Source of the DNA: a virus
Taxonomy: Duplodnaviria; Caudoviricetes
Reading direction: 5' to 3' (one strand)
DNA length: 64,000 nucleotides
Virus record (IMG/VR): IMGVR_UViG_3300044535_001062
Location: 55-64,054 of that record
This document shows, piece after piece, positions 8,265-17,545 of the stretch. How positions within the stretch are numbered: the first letter of the stretch is position 1; each line of letters opens with the position of its first letter. Made by a program: the position numbers and the translations under genes. A model generated the notes under the pieces. The model searched no databases. It was not told where the DNA came from and worked only from the letters and a program-made list of their open reading frames with translations.

Positions 8265-8786
8265 ATGGGACAGTATTATTCAGCAGCCATTTTAGGCGAC
8301 AACAAAAAGACAGTTAAACATCACGTTTACAGCTGGGATTTCAACAGCGGTTTGAAACTAATGGAACATTCATGGATGGAGAACCCATTCATCAAATCAT
8401 TTGAAACCCTTATCCACAACAATCCTCAGCGAGTAGTGTGGGCAGGGGATTATGCAGATGAATGCCCCGGTAACAAAACGAATGTCTATACAAGATGCAC
8501 CGACAAAAACAAAGTAAAGCCCGAGCGTGAATTATCTTTGCTCGACTCCTTGTATGTTATCAATCACAGCACCAAGCAGTACATAGACAAAACAAAAGTA
8601 CCTAGTCGTGATGGATGGCGTATTCATCCTCTACCTCTCATGACCTGTGAAGGTAACGGCAGAGGCGGTGGTGACTATCGTGGTGACGAAGATTATGTCG
8701 GCTCCTGGGCAAGAGATATAATCTCTGTATCGAATGTAGTTCCAGAGGGATATTCTGAATTTATGTTTAACTTAGTAGAACAATAA
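8265..8786 (+). CDS. Conserved phage hypothetical protein (MGQYY...GLKLMEHS...HPLPL...GNGRGGGDY)
   Basis: 173-aa ORF; recalled motif pattern. Confidence 0.8.
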   Translation: MGQYYSAAILGDNKKTVKHHVYSWDFNSGLKLMEHSWMENPFIKSFETLIHNNPQRVVWAGDYADECPGNKTNVYTRCTDKNKVKPERELSLLDSLYVINHSTKQYIDKTKVPSRDGWRIHPLPLMTCEGNGRGGGDYRGDEDYVGSWARDIISVSNVVPEGYSEFMFNLVEQ

Positions 8787-8787
8787 A

Positions 8788-9189
8788 ATGACTTACAAAA
8801 TTTATCGCAACCTACACAAGAACTGCTTCAGTGTACTGAAGTATGACAAAGAAAAGAAAGGCTATCGTCTATATGCACATGTAGACGAAGCCATCATCTC
8901 TCAAGTTAAGACCAAGGTATCTGAGGCCGGGCGCAGGCGTGTACTCAAAGAGAAGTCAAAGAATGTGCATGCATTTATCCTAGCCAAGTCTTTCTCTCCG
9001 CTTCCCTCCGGTACGTTACGTCTGATACCCCACGCTTATCCGGATGAATTGTACTACAATCCGTACACCACGGAACAATTTATCAACAAGACAAGCGGTC
9101 AACCTGTCATGTCTCATACATCGGTGATGCTCAAGAACTGCAAGGCTTACCTCATTAATGAGACCACCGCAATTGACATCGTAATTTAA
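8788..9189 (+). CDS. Conserved phage hypothetical protein (YRNLHK...VSEAGRxRVLxEKxKNVHAF...YNPY)
   Basis: 133-aa ORF; recalled motif pattern. Confidence 0.8.
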   Translation: MTYKIYRNLHKNCFSVLKYDKEKKGYRLYAHVDEAIISQVKTKVSEAGRRRVLKEKSKNVHAFILAKSFSPLPSGTLRLIPHAYPDELYYNPYTTEQFINKTSGQPVMSHTSVMLKNCKAYLINETTAIDIVI

Positions 9190-9206
9190 AATAACTTCAA
9201 AATAAA

Positions 9207-9239
9207 TTTGGAAAAATCAAAACAATCACATTACATTTG
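9207..9239 (+). promoter_or_regulatory. Bacteroidota sigma-A promoter
   Basis: TTTG at 9207-9210 and TACATTTG at 9232-9239 in an intergenic gap. Confidence 0.75.
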
Positions 9240-9292
9240 CAACAATCAAAAAACTAACTCACAAAAAATTAACAACTAAAAATCAAACTATC

Positions 9293-10267
9293 ATGAACAA
9301 TCAAAATTTTATCAACAACAACTCAACAAACATTTCAAACATGGACGCACCTGCACTGAACCTCGACAACTTCGAGCGCACAATGAACCTGCTCGAAAGA
9401 ACCGGACTTAACTGGGAAGTTAAGAAAGAACAATTCACTCATCCCTCGGGATTGATTACTGACCACTATGGTATCTTCCGATACAACCACGGAGACGATG
9501 CACCAATCGATTGTCTCGGCTCTGTTAAAGGTAGGTACACACCATTCCAAAACTGGGAACTTGCCGACACCGTTGTCCGTGCCACTGAGGGTATCGGTAT
9601 CTCTACTGACAGAGGTGGTACTTTGAATGGCGGTCGCAAAGTTTATCTACAAGCTCAGTTACCGGAAGAGTACATCGGCAAGTCCGGTGTTAAACGCTGG
9701 GTGACTTGTATCAACAGCCACGATGGTAGCAGTTCAATTGCTTTTGGTTCTACCAACACCGTTATCGTATGTCAGAATACTTTCTATCGTGCTTACAAAG
9801 AAAGCAGTAGGTTCAGACATACTGAGTCAGCCAAGTCACGTATCGAGATTGCTATTCAGCAATTCCAAGAAACGATTAACGCTGACAAGAATCTGTTCGA
9901 TACATTCAAACGGATGAGCGAGATGGCTCCGAACGAAAATCTTGTACAGGCTGTATTGAATTCTATCTTCGAGGTAGATGTACTCAAGACAAAAGCCGAT
10001 GACATATCTACTCGTAAAGCTAATCAGATGAAGCAATTCGCTTCAGCGTACAGCATTGAGAGAGACTTGGAAGGCGATACTGTATGGGGACTATTCAACG
10101 CAGTAACTCGTTACACTAACCACATCACAGCCCCTGCTACAGCAGACCGCAAGACGGACTACATCATGGGTGGTACTGGTTACACGATAAACAATAATGC
10201 ATATGATACTATCATGGCATGGATTGAAGAGAACACACAACCTAAGTCAATGGTTTTTGTTGGTTAA
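9293..10267 (+). CDS. DUF932/DUF945-family protein
   Basis: GLNWEV...YTPFQN...GGRKVY...NSHDGS...CQNT...TVWGLFNAVT. Confidence 0.85.
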   Translation: MNNQNFINNNSTNISNMDAPALNLDNFERTMNLLERTGLNWEVKKEQFTHPSGLITDHYGIFRYNHGDDAPIDCLGSVKGRYTPFQNWELADTVVRATEGIGISTDRGGTLNGGRKVYLQAQLPEEYIGKSGVKRWVTCINSHDGSSSIAFGSTNTVIVCQNTFYRAYKESSRFRHTESAKSRIEIAIQQFQETINADKNLFDTFKRMSEMAPNENLVQAVLNSIFEVDVLKTKADDISTRKANQMKQFASAYSIERDLEGDTVWGLFNAVTRYTNHITAPATADRKTDYIMGGTGYTINNNAYDTIMAWIEENTQPKSMVFVG

Positions 10268-10279
10268 GTTTCATGGTTT

Positions 10280-10308
10280 GCACCTCGGTCTTTGACCGGG
10301 GTGCTTTT
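10280..10308 (+). terminator. Intrinsic terminator
   Basis: GCACCTCGGTC-TTT-GACCGGGGTGC followed by TTTT. Confidence 0.75.
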
Positions 10309-10347
10309 AATTTTACATCATCACAATTCACAATTAATAAATAAAAA

Positions 10348-10551
10348 ATGGAATCAGAAAAAACATTCAGAGAAATGTCAGAGCATGACCGCAGGGTTTA
10401 CATCACGCACATTATTCAACACATCCTTTACGATGACACAAAGTTCAAACAGATGACTAATCTGTTAGATGACTGGCGTATGATAGATGTCCTAAAAGAA
10501 GGTGTATCAATAGTTAATATCGGTGCATATGGAGATCAACTTGACGCTTGA
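10348..10551 (+). CDS. Hypothetical protein
   Basis: 67-aa ORF with A-rich leader. Confidence 0.65.
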   Translation: MESEKTFREMSEHDRRVYITHIIQHILYDDTKFKQMTNLLDDWRMIDVLKEGVSIVNIGAYGDQLDA

Positions 10552-10619
10552 AGATTATCTTCTGTCACTGGGAGTAGCTACAATTTGTGCACAAATATTT
10601 TACCACTTAATAAATTAAT

Positions 10620-10973
10620 ATGACACAGCAAACTAATCAACTGGACCTATTCGAAGGAATCTCAAACAAGGACTTCTTAGAGTATCACAAAACAAATCCA
10701 CATCTCTACGCAGCATTCAAGAACATTGCGCTTAGAGCCATTCGTCTCGGCTTCACCAACTATGGTGCAAAGGGTATCTTTGAAATCATACGATGGGAGA
10801 GAGCAGAGAGAGGCGATGGTGAATTCAAAATCAATAACAACTTCGCACCATTATTCACCCGGTTGTTTGAGAACGAATTCCCTCAGCACAAGAACTTCTT
10901 TCGGAAGAGAAGAAGTGCGTTCGATAACTACGTGGACAAAGATTCAAGGAAGGAGTCCGAAGTCACCTCATAA
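10620..10973 (+). CDS. Conserved phage hypothetical protein (HxxNP...IRW...FKINNN)
   Basis: 117-aa ORF; recalled motif pattern. Confidence 0.75.
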   Translation: MTQQTNQLDLFEGISNKDFLEYHKTNPHLYAAFKNIALRAIRLGFTNYGAKGIFEIIRWERAERGDGEFKINNNFAPLFTRLFENEFPQHKNFFRKRRSAFDNYVDKDSRKESEVTS

Positions 10974-11021
10974 TGCTTGCATTAATCTTGTCCTTAAACT
11001 ATATTGCACAACGAAATGTGT

Positions 11022-11183
11022 ATGCTAAATGTTTATGACATATTCGAGATGGAGTCCGACATGGGAACCGTGTTCATGGTTGTCCTGTCGGACAACATTC
11101 TCGGGTATTTTGATACTCTTGCAGAAGCTGATGAGTGTGTAAAGAAGCATATGGACCAAGCCGAAAAAATTTTATTAAATTAA
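11022..11183 (+). CDS. Small hypothetical protein (53 aa)
   Basis: Read by hand: MLNVYDIFEM...GYFDTLAEADECVKKH. Confidence 0.5.
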   Translation: MLNVYDIFEMESDMGTVFMVVLSDNILGYFDTLAEADECVKKHMDQAEKILLN

Positions 11184-11271
11184 ACTATGACAACATTTCT
11201 AATTGACTGCGGTCCGATTACCTATTACGGAACTGCCACCCATTTCGCCATCATAAGATACGTTTATACTC

Positions 11272-11427
11272 ATGAATACAATTAAAAAACTCAGACAAAA
11301 AATCAAAAACATTCTCGAATGCATCGATGGTCCTGTTGACGAACAATACCTAGACTATGTCTTGGTGGGCATTGTTTATTTCATTCTCTGGGCTATCATC
11401 TACATCATCTACCGGGTAGTATTGTAA
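11272..11427 (+). CDS. Small membrane protein (51 aa, C-terminal TM)
   Basis: ...YVLVGIVYFILWAIIYIIYRVVL. Confidence 0.5.
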   Translation: MNTIKKLRQKIKNILECIDGPVDEQYLDYVLVGIVYFILWAIIYIIYRVVL

Positions 11428-11436
11428 TCTTCAATC

Positions 11437-11814
11437 ATGCGAGCCAAAAAGAAACGAGACAACATCGTGCAGTTGTTTGTTCGTGTCAGTGCTAATCAAC
11501 GACAGGCGATAAAAGACATCAGTAAGCAATACGGATACCAGGAGTATAGTCTATTGATTGATGATTTGGTTCACACGTATCTCAACAAGAGAAGACGAAG
11601 TATGGCAAAATCTATCAAAGAATTTACTGAAGGAGATACAGCAGTTCCGGTACAATTGGCACGAAACAACCACAGGTTATTGGTGGAGTATTGTTCAGCA
11701 ATGGACTTGTCTCCAAACATCGTAATACTTTCGATAATACGAGAGTCAGTTAACAAAATCAACAAACTTAAAAACACTAACATTGAAAATGAAGACACAA
11801 CCGAATCAGATTAA
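11437..11814 (+). CDS. Putative DNA-binding regulator with tandem ribbon-helix-helix-like units
   Basis: VQLFVRVSANQRQAIKDIS...LIDDLV and VPVQLARNNHRLLVEYC...VILSII. Confidence 0.55.
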   Translation: MRAKKKRDNIVQLFVRVSANQRQAIKDISKQYGYQEYSLLIDDLVHTYLNKRRRSMAKSIKEFTEGDTAVPVQLARNNHRLLVEYCSAMDLSPNIVILSIIRESVNKINKLKNTNIENEDTTESD

Positions 11815-12499
11815 ACGAGCTGTGTATTACACTAGGGTTTCTCACGAAAACCAAGTAGATGACGGCTCGTCTCTGGACAACCAACAAGACAGGATCGAAG
11901 CATTCTGTAAAATTCACAACTACGAAATCGTAAAGTCTTTTTCAGATCCCGGGGTATCCGGCAGAAAATTCGAGAACCGGCCACAGTTTATGCAAATGAT
12001 GGACATGGTAAAGAAAAAGCAAGTCGACATCGTTGTAGTTTACAGCCTATCTCGTTTCGGTCGTAACACCAAAGACACACTGAAATGGATTTCTTTTCTC
12101 GAGAACCACGGAGTATCTTTCTACACTCTAGACTTTCAGTTCGACACATCGACATCTCACGGCAAACTGATGCTCCAGATGATAGCAGCATTCGCTGAGT
12201 TCGAATCAAACCAGAGGGGTGAACTGATATCCTCAGTTATGAAGTATCTCAAGAAAGAAGAGAAAGTGTACTGCGGTCCGGTTCCTATCGGATTTGACAA
12301 GATAGATGGTAAACTCAAGGTCAACGAAAACGAAATGCAACTTGTGAGAAAAATTTATCTCTGGAACAAATCATTCGGACCTTTCAAAACCGCCATGCAT
12401 GCTAACGAAAACGGATACAGGTCAAAGAAAGGAGGCAAGTTTCACACCACAACAATTCAAAAAATTGTTAATAATGACCTTTATTCTAAGTATCTTTGA
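11789..12499 (+). CDS. Serine recombinase (catalytic domain plus recombinase DNA-binding domain)
   Basis: YTRVS...Q...SLDNQ, DPGVSG...RP, SLSRFGRN, AEFES, PIGF. Confidence 0.93.
   Translation: MKTQPNQIKRAVYYTRVSHENQVDDGSSLDNQQDRIEAFCKIHNYEIVKSFSDPGVSGRKFENRPQFMQMMDMVKKKQVDIVVVYSLSRFGRNTKDTLKWISFLENHGVSFYTLDFQFDTSTSHGKLMLQMIAAFAEFESNQRGELISSVMKYLKKEEKVYCGPVPIGFDKIDGKLKVNENEMQLVRKIYLWNKSFGPFKTAMHANENGYRSKKGGKFHTTTIQKIVNNDLYSKYL
12491..12498 (+). promoter_or_regulatory. Possible -7 promoter element for the replication operon
   Basis: TATCTTTG ending 19 nt before the ATG at 12518. Confidence 0.5.
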
Positions 12500-12517
12500 A
12501 CCCTAATTTAAAAAAAT

Positions 12518-12739
12518 ATGCCACCAATTCAATTAACCCACACCCAAAAAGTCCAGTACCTCATCATGGCTCTGGCATTACAGCAAGTTCAAGTTAACGA
12601 GGTAGTAGCTGATGCTATTGTAACCACTTACGAAGGTATCCTTGAAAAAGGTGGTGAGTACAGCCTCAACGATATCGCAAAAGTATTTGTCGATGTATCA
12701 GAAAGAAACAAACCAGAACAAACCGAAAAGCAGTCGTAA
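12518..12739 (+). CDS. Hypothetical protein
   Basis: 73-aa ORF with A-rich leader. Confidence 0.65.
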   Translation: MPPIQLTHTQKVQYLIMALALQQVQVNEVVADAIVTTYEGILEKGGEYSLNDIAKVFVDVSERNKPEQTEKQS

Positions 12740-13076
12740 AAATCCTGTCGCCCGTATCCGGATCTACACTCCGCATGGATTTGTGTTTGACATACCCTTT
12801 GACTGGGTTTATGCTTCGATGAAGGACATCGACATAGACCAGGTTCCATACAATGTGCCAAACCACAACATCTACGATACAATCGAATACTTGAGGAAAA
12901 TGTCTTGGTGTGAAATCCAAGATAAACTACAGTTTGTCGGCATCATCGATAGTCCAATGATAGACTCTCTGGCTTCCTCGGTATTCGATTTACCGGATAG
13001 ACCATTCAATTACCCATTAACCGAACACAAAAATTTCAAATTATTCCTAAGTAAAAAACAAAAAGATGAAGACTAA
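12693..13076 (+). CDS. Hypothetical protein
   Basis: ORF within the operon; start position uncertain. Confidence 0.6.
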   Translation: MYQKETNQNKPKSSRKNPVARIRIYTPHGFVFDIPFDWVYASMKDIDIDQVPYNVPNHNIYDTIEYLRKMSWCEIQDKLQFVGIIDSPMIDSLASSVFDLPDRPFNYPLTEHKNFKLFLSKKQKDED

Positions 13077-13401
13077 CTCAGCATTAATCCGGGCCATTGC
13101 AGAAGCAATCATTCAACTAAACGATGTGCCTTACGAAACAAAACAAAACATTGCTACACTTTTAAACCAAACTGAAAAGGAACCCCGGGAGAAATTCATA
13201 GAGCCTGCTCCCGAAGAAGTAGAGCAGATATTCTTTGAATATAATGTTCTGAACCCCCGGGACAACGCAATTAAATTTACCACGTTCTACGGCTCGAAAG
13301 GATGGATGGTAGGCAAAAACAAAATGAAATCTTGGAAACTAGCAGCTATCCGGTGGGCACTCGACTTACCAAAAGCTGTGGCTAAAGCTCCGGTAGTATG
13401 A
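13066..13401 (+). CDS. Phage replication-associated protein (initiator C-terminal-like)
   Basis: FYGSKGWMVGKNKMKSWKLA motif; directly upstream of the primase-helicase. Confidence 0.65.
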   Translation: MKTNSALIRAIAEAIIQLNDVPYETKQNIATLLNQTEKEPREKFIEPAPEEVEQIFFEYNVLNPRDNAIKFTTFYGSKGWMVGKNKMKSWKLAAIRWALDLPKAVAKAPVV

Positions 13402-15137
13402 GTTATCAGAGCGAGCTATCCAGAATTGGAATTGACACCAAAGGATATTTTTCTGGACTACACAAGTTTAAGTGTCCGAGGTGTTCACATTCAAGAAAGA
13501 AAACGAGCGATCCATGTTTGTCCGTAAACATTGACAGCGGTGAGTACAAATGCCACCATTGCAACTGGAAGGGTAATGTGAGAAACGAAAAGCAATACGT
13601 TAAACCACAGATAAAGGCTGCGGAAATTGACAATGCGATTGTTCAGTATTTTGCAGCCCGGGGCATCAACGAACAAACGATACGCCACTTCGGTATTACA
13701 CAGAGCATCGAAGTAATGCCACAGGACAGGAAACAGCACAAGACTATCAACTTCAACTACTGGAAAGGTAGCGAACTGGTAAACGTAAAGTTTAAAACCA
13801 GAGAGAAGTATTTCAAGATGGTCACCGATGCCGAAAAGATTCCGTACAACTATAATTCTATTCTCCAATCAGACAAGATAATTATCTGTGAAGGCGAAGA
13901 GGAAACAATGTGCTGGCATCAAGCCGGGTATCCGTTCGCAGTATCGTGTCCTAGCGGAGCGAGCAAAGGCAACAACAATCTTGAATGGCTAGACGGAGTC
14001 TATTACACGTTCGAGAACAAAAAGATATTCCTTGCCACTGACAACGATGTTCCCGGTAAGAAACTTGCCGAAGATATTGCACGTAGATTTGAACCGGAGA
14101 ATCTTTTCAAAATAGATTTCGGTGAATTCAAAGATGCAAACGATGTACTGAAGGCTCACGGAGAGACAGCCCTGCAGGATTTGTACAACGCAGCAAAGCC
14201 TTTACCTATCCCGGAAGTATCTAGCGTAGCTGATTTCAGAGATGAACTTGTCAACATTTACAATAGTAACTATCCAAAGGGTAGCGTAATCGGATACCCC
14301 GAGCTAGACAAATTGATTTCATGGAAACGTGGTCAGTTCGTTATTGGTTCGGGCATCCCAGGTCACGGTAAAACTACGTTCGTAGATCAAGTCTGCATAC
14401 GATTGGCCTTTAGAGAAAACTGGAAGTTCGCAATCTTTTCACCGGAAAACGACAATGTCCTAAAAAGTGTACGCATGGCAGAACAGATATCCGGAAAGCC
14501 ACTTCATGGTTACAACCGGATGACTAAAGATCAGTTCGATAGATGCCTGTCCATGATAGATAGTCATTTCAGTTTCTTTGATACTGACAATCTCGAGGAT
14601 TACAAAATCGACAACCTTTTAAGAATAGCCAAGAGTCTGGTAAGACAGAAGGGAATCGATGCGGTTATCTTCGATCCATTCAACTACATAGACAATGACT
14701 CTGAGTCTGATTCTGGTAACGAAAGGATTGGTAAGATGCTTGTGAAACTCAAGAAGTTTGCGAAGGTTAACAACGTGCTTGTGATTTTGATTGCACATCC
14801 ACGTAAGATGCAGAGAGACAAATCGACCGGGGAGTACGAGATACCCAGGTTATACGATATTTCCGGTAGCCATCACTTTGCAAACGTAGCAGATAACGGT
14901 TTTGTCGTTCATCGTGACTTCAAAAGTGGACTTGTGGATATCTATGTGCAAAAGATTAAGCACTATTTCATGGGTAAAGTCGGATTTGTTACTATGGAAT
15001 TCGATCCCATTACCGGAAGATACAAAGAACAGGAGCAGGATTGGGAGACAGAGTTTTATACAAGAGTGAGTGAAGATTTATTTGACACTCCAGAGCAGGA
15101 TATTAATAGTTGGACTAATTTACAAATCGGACAATAA
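13398..15137 (+). CDS. Bifunctional DNA primase-helicase (T7 gp4 / Twinkle-like)
   Basis: Zn finger CPRC...CHHC, TOPRIM ICEGE / DND, Walker A GIPGHGKT, FDPFN, AHPRK. Confidence 0.95.
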   Translation: MSYQSELSRIGIDTKGYFSGLHKFKCPRCSHSRKKTSDPCLSVNIDSGEYKCHHCNWKGNVRNEKQYVKPQIKAAEIDNAIVQYFAARGINEQTIRHFGITQSIEVMPQDRKQHKTINFNYWKGSELVNVKFKTREKYFKMVTDAEKIPYNYNSILQSDKIIICEGEEETMCWHQAGYPFAVSCPSGASKGNNNLEWLDGVYYTFENKKIFLATDNDVPGKKLAEDIARRFEPENLFKIDFGEFKDANDVLKAHGETALQDLYNAAKPLPIPEVSSVADFRDELVNIYNSNYPKGSVIGYPELDKLISWKRGQFVIGSGIPGHGKTTFVDQVCIRLAFRENWKFAIFSPENDNVLKSVRMAEQISGKPLHGYNRMTKDQFDRCLSMIDSHFSFFDTDNLEDYKIDNLLRIAKSLVRQKGIDAVIFDPFNYIDNDSESDSGNERIGKMLVKLKKFAKVNNVLVILIAHPRKMQRDKSTGEYEIPRLYDISGSHHFANVADNGFVVHRDFKSGLVDIYVQKIKHYFMGKVGFVTMEFDPITGRYKEQEQDWETEFYTRVSEDLFDTPEQDINSWTNLQIGQ

Positions 15138-16987
15138 TGGAGACAGTAGTTTATGACGTGGAAAACTTTCCGAACTTTATTAGTTATTATGATGTAAACA
15201 TCGATACCGGAGAAGAACATGAATTTGTAATTCACGAAAGCAGAAATGATTACGATGAATTGTACAAGTATCTTTCAACTCCACGATATTACGTAGGATA
15301 TAACAATGCGTTCTACGACCGGGAAGTCAAAGAAAGGCTCGTGGATAATTATCACACGAACAAAAAGATGCCGATCAAAATGTTCTTGAATCACTTTCAC
15401 CGGGGCATGCAGGAATACATTGCAAACGATGAGAGAGTGTTCTACAATGGCGAAGAAGAAATTGATTTGTATCTCATTAATCACTTCAACAATAAAGCCA
15501 GAAGCACATCGCTGAAAGCTTTACAGGTATCTATCTTCTGGCCAAACGTACAGGATATGCCAATCGGACATAATTCCATAATCACAGAAGATATGATTCC
15601 GATGATTCTGGAGTACAATCGAAACGATGTATTGAGTACCAAGGCTTTTTATGAACTGTGCTTGAAGCAAATTGAGTTTCGTGTACAACAAGGTAAAGCA
15701 TACAAGAAAAACCTTATCAACAAACCGGATACAGCAATCGGTGAGGAAATCTTCATGCACTATCTTTATGAGAAATCCGGACTGACCAAAAAGAAACTCA
15801 AAGAGATGGTCAAAGAGGATCACAACATCGAGCTATCGAAGTGTATTCTACCATACGTTAAATTCAAAAGCCACGAATTCAACAGACTTCTTGACCAGGT
15901 AAGATGGACTGTAGTCAATCAGAATCAGAAACTGATTTACTCAGTGAATTACAAAGGCTTCAAGTATGATTATGGTGTAGGCGGTATTCACGGATGCGTT
16001 AGCCCGGGGATCTATGATTCAACAATCGACAAAGTTATTATTGACTTCGATGTGAAGTCATACTATCCTAACCTAGCTATCGAGAATGGCCTGCATCCAA
16101 AGCATATCCCAAAAGATGTATTCATTGATACGTACAAAAAAATATTTTTAGAACGTGTAGAATCTCAAAAGAAAAAAGACAAGACCAAGGATGCCGGATT
16201 GAAACTGGCTTTGAATGGTATCTTTGGAAAGACCGGAGAACAAACGAGTGCATTTTATGACAGATATTACTTCTATTCGATTACACTGAACGGTCAATTA
16301 CTCTTGTCCATGCTTGCCGAGAGATACTCAGATGAAGTCGATGGGCTTCAGATTCTCCAAATCAATACCGATGGTATTACAATCCGAGTCCCCAGGCGCA
16401 ATTTGAAGCAGGTCATGGACATCAACGATCGCTGGATGAAAGTCACCAATCTGATACTCGAACACAAAGAGTACAAGAAGATGGTAATTCGTGATGTAAA
16501 TAATTATTTAGCGGTCGATATTGATGGAGATGTCAAGAAAAAAGGTATCTTTGAAACCGTAAAACAATACCACAAAGACAACAGTTTTCTAGTGGTTCCA
16601 ATGGCTCTTGAAAAATTTTATCTTGACGGCACTCCGGTGGAAGAAACGATACGCAGCAACAAAAACATTTACGATTTTTGCGGTAGGTACAAAGCATACA
16701 AAGGATGGCATGCTCAGTACAACTACTCTAAAGAGGGAGAAGTAATAACCGAGAATCACGGCAGGATATTGCGTTTCTTTCCGATAACGATTGGTGGAGG
16801 GGTATCATTCAAAATCAATCAAGATGGAAGAATACATCATCTTCTAGCCGGACAAAGAACAATGATCTTTAACAGATACTTCGAAGTAGATAAGTTCGAG
16901 AATTACAATGTAAACTACGACTTCTACGTGGAAGAGTGCAGAAAAATAATGGACGAAATAGAACCTAAACAACTAACCTTTTTTTAA
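15137..16987 (+). CDS. Family B DNA polymerase
   Basis: Exonuclease YDVE / YN..FYD / YNRNDV; polymerase DFDVKSYYP, KLALNGIFGK, INTDG. Confidence 0.95.
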   Translation: METVVYDVENFPNFISYYDVNIDTGEEHEFVIHESRNDYDELYKYLSTPRYYVGYNNAFYDREVKERLVDNYHTNKKMPIKMFLNHFHRGMQEYIANDERVFYNGEEEIDLYLINHFNNKARSTSLKALQVSIFWPNVQDMPIGHNSIITEDMIPMILEYNRNDVLSTKAFYELCLKQIEFRVQQGKAYKKNLINKPDTAIGEEIFMHYLYEKSGLTKKKLKEMVKEDHNIELSKCILPYVKFKSHEFNRLLDQVRWTVVNQNQKLIYSVNYKGFKYDYGVGGIHGCVSPGIYDSTIDKVIIDFDVKSYYPNLAIENGLHPKHIPKDVFIDTYKKIFLERVESQKKKDKTKDAGLKLALNGIFGKTGEQTSAFYDRYYFYSITLNGQLLLSMLAERYSDEVDGLQILQINTDGITIRVPRRNLKQVMDINDRWMKVTNLILEHKEYKKMVIRDVNNYLAVDIDGDVKKKGIFETVKQYHKDNSFLVVPMALEKFYLDGTPVEETIRSNKNIYDFCGRYKAYKGWHAQYNYSKEGEVITENHGRILRFFPITIGGGVSFKINQDGRIHHLLAGQRTMIFNRYFEVDKFENYNVNYDFYVEECRKIMDEIEPKQLTFF

Positions 16988-16988
16988 A

Positions 16989-17501
16989 ATGATAACCATA
17001 AAAGAATACACCGAAGAAGTAGTCAAGACGATTACTAAAAAACTAAAACTTGATTCGTTTCAGAGACTGGAATTACTCAAAGAAGTTCGCAACTTGGAAA
17101 ACTACAAAATCTATCGCAACAAAATCGTCAGCCCTACGGTCAAGTACAATCCAAACAAGAACCGCAAAAAATCCTCACATATCAATATGTATTCGTTAAT
17201 CGAAGCCGACAGAAAGCTTATGGAAGATGCGGTGCGAATCAGTCATCTGGACATTGATAAATATGTGATCAATAGCCGGGAAGGTGAATACGTAGATTGT
17301 CGCAGAATGATTATGGCTGTGATGAGAATACACCTTGGTTACTCTCTGAGTAAAGTCGGAAAAATATTTAACAAGGATCACTCGAGTATCATCCACAATG
17401 TTAAAAAGCACAATGACTTTTTGATTACCGATAAAGTATACTCAAGGAGATTTCAAAAATATTTGGATTGCGTTAAAGAAAGCAGTCCGGTTTTCATGTG
17501 A
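16989..17501 (+). CDS. Protein with DnaA C-terminal (domain IV) HTH-like domain
   Basis: R...YSLSKVGKIFNKDHSSIIH resembles the DnaA C-terminal signature. Confidence 0.75.
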   Translation: MITIKEYTEEVVKTITKKLKLDSFQRLELLKEVRNLENYKIYRNKIVSPTVKYNPNKNRKKSSHINMYSLIEADRKLMEDAVRISHLDIDKYVINSREGEYVDCRRMIMAVMRIHLGYSLSKVGKIFNKDHSSIIHNVKKHNDFLITDKVYSRRFQKYLDCVKESSPVFM

Positions 17502-17516
17502 TTTGTTGGTTTGAAG

Positions 17517-17545
17517 TGGAGAGGTTGGTTACCTCTCCATTTTTA
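17517..17545 (+). terminator. Terminator at the convergence of the replication and late blocks
   Basis: TGGAGAGGT-TGGTT-ACCTCTCCA followed by TTTTT. Confidence 0.6.

Noticed and set aside
8410-8418. Perfect DnaA box TTATCCACA
   Set aside because: Only one copy noticed, inside a coding region; compatible with chance
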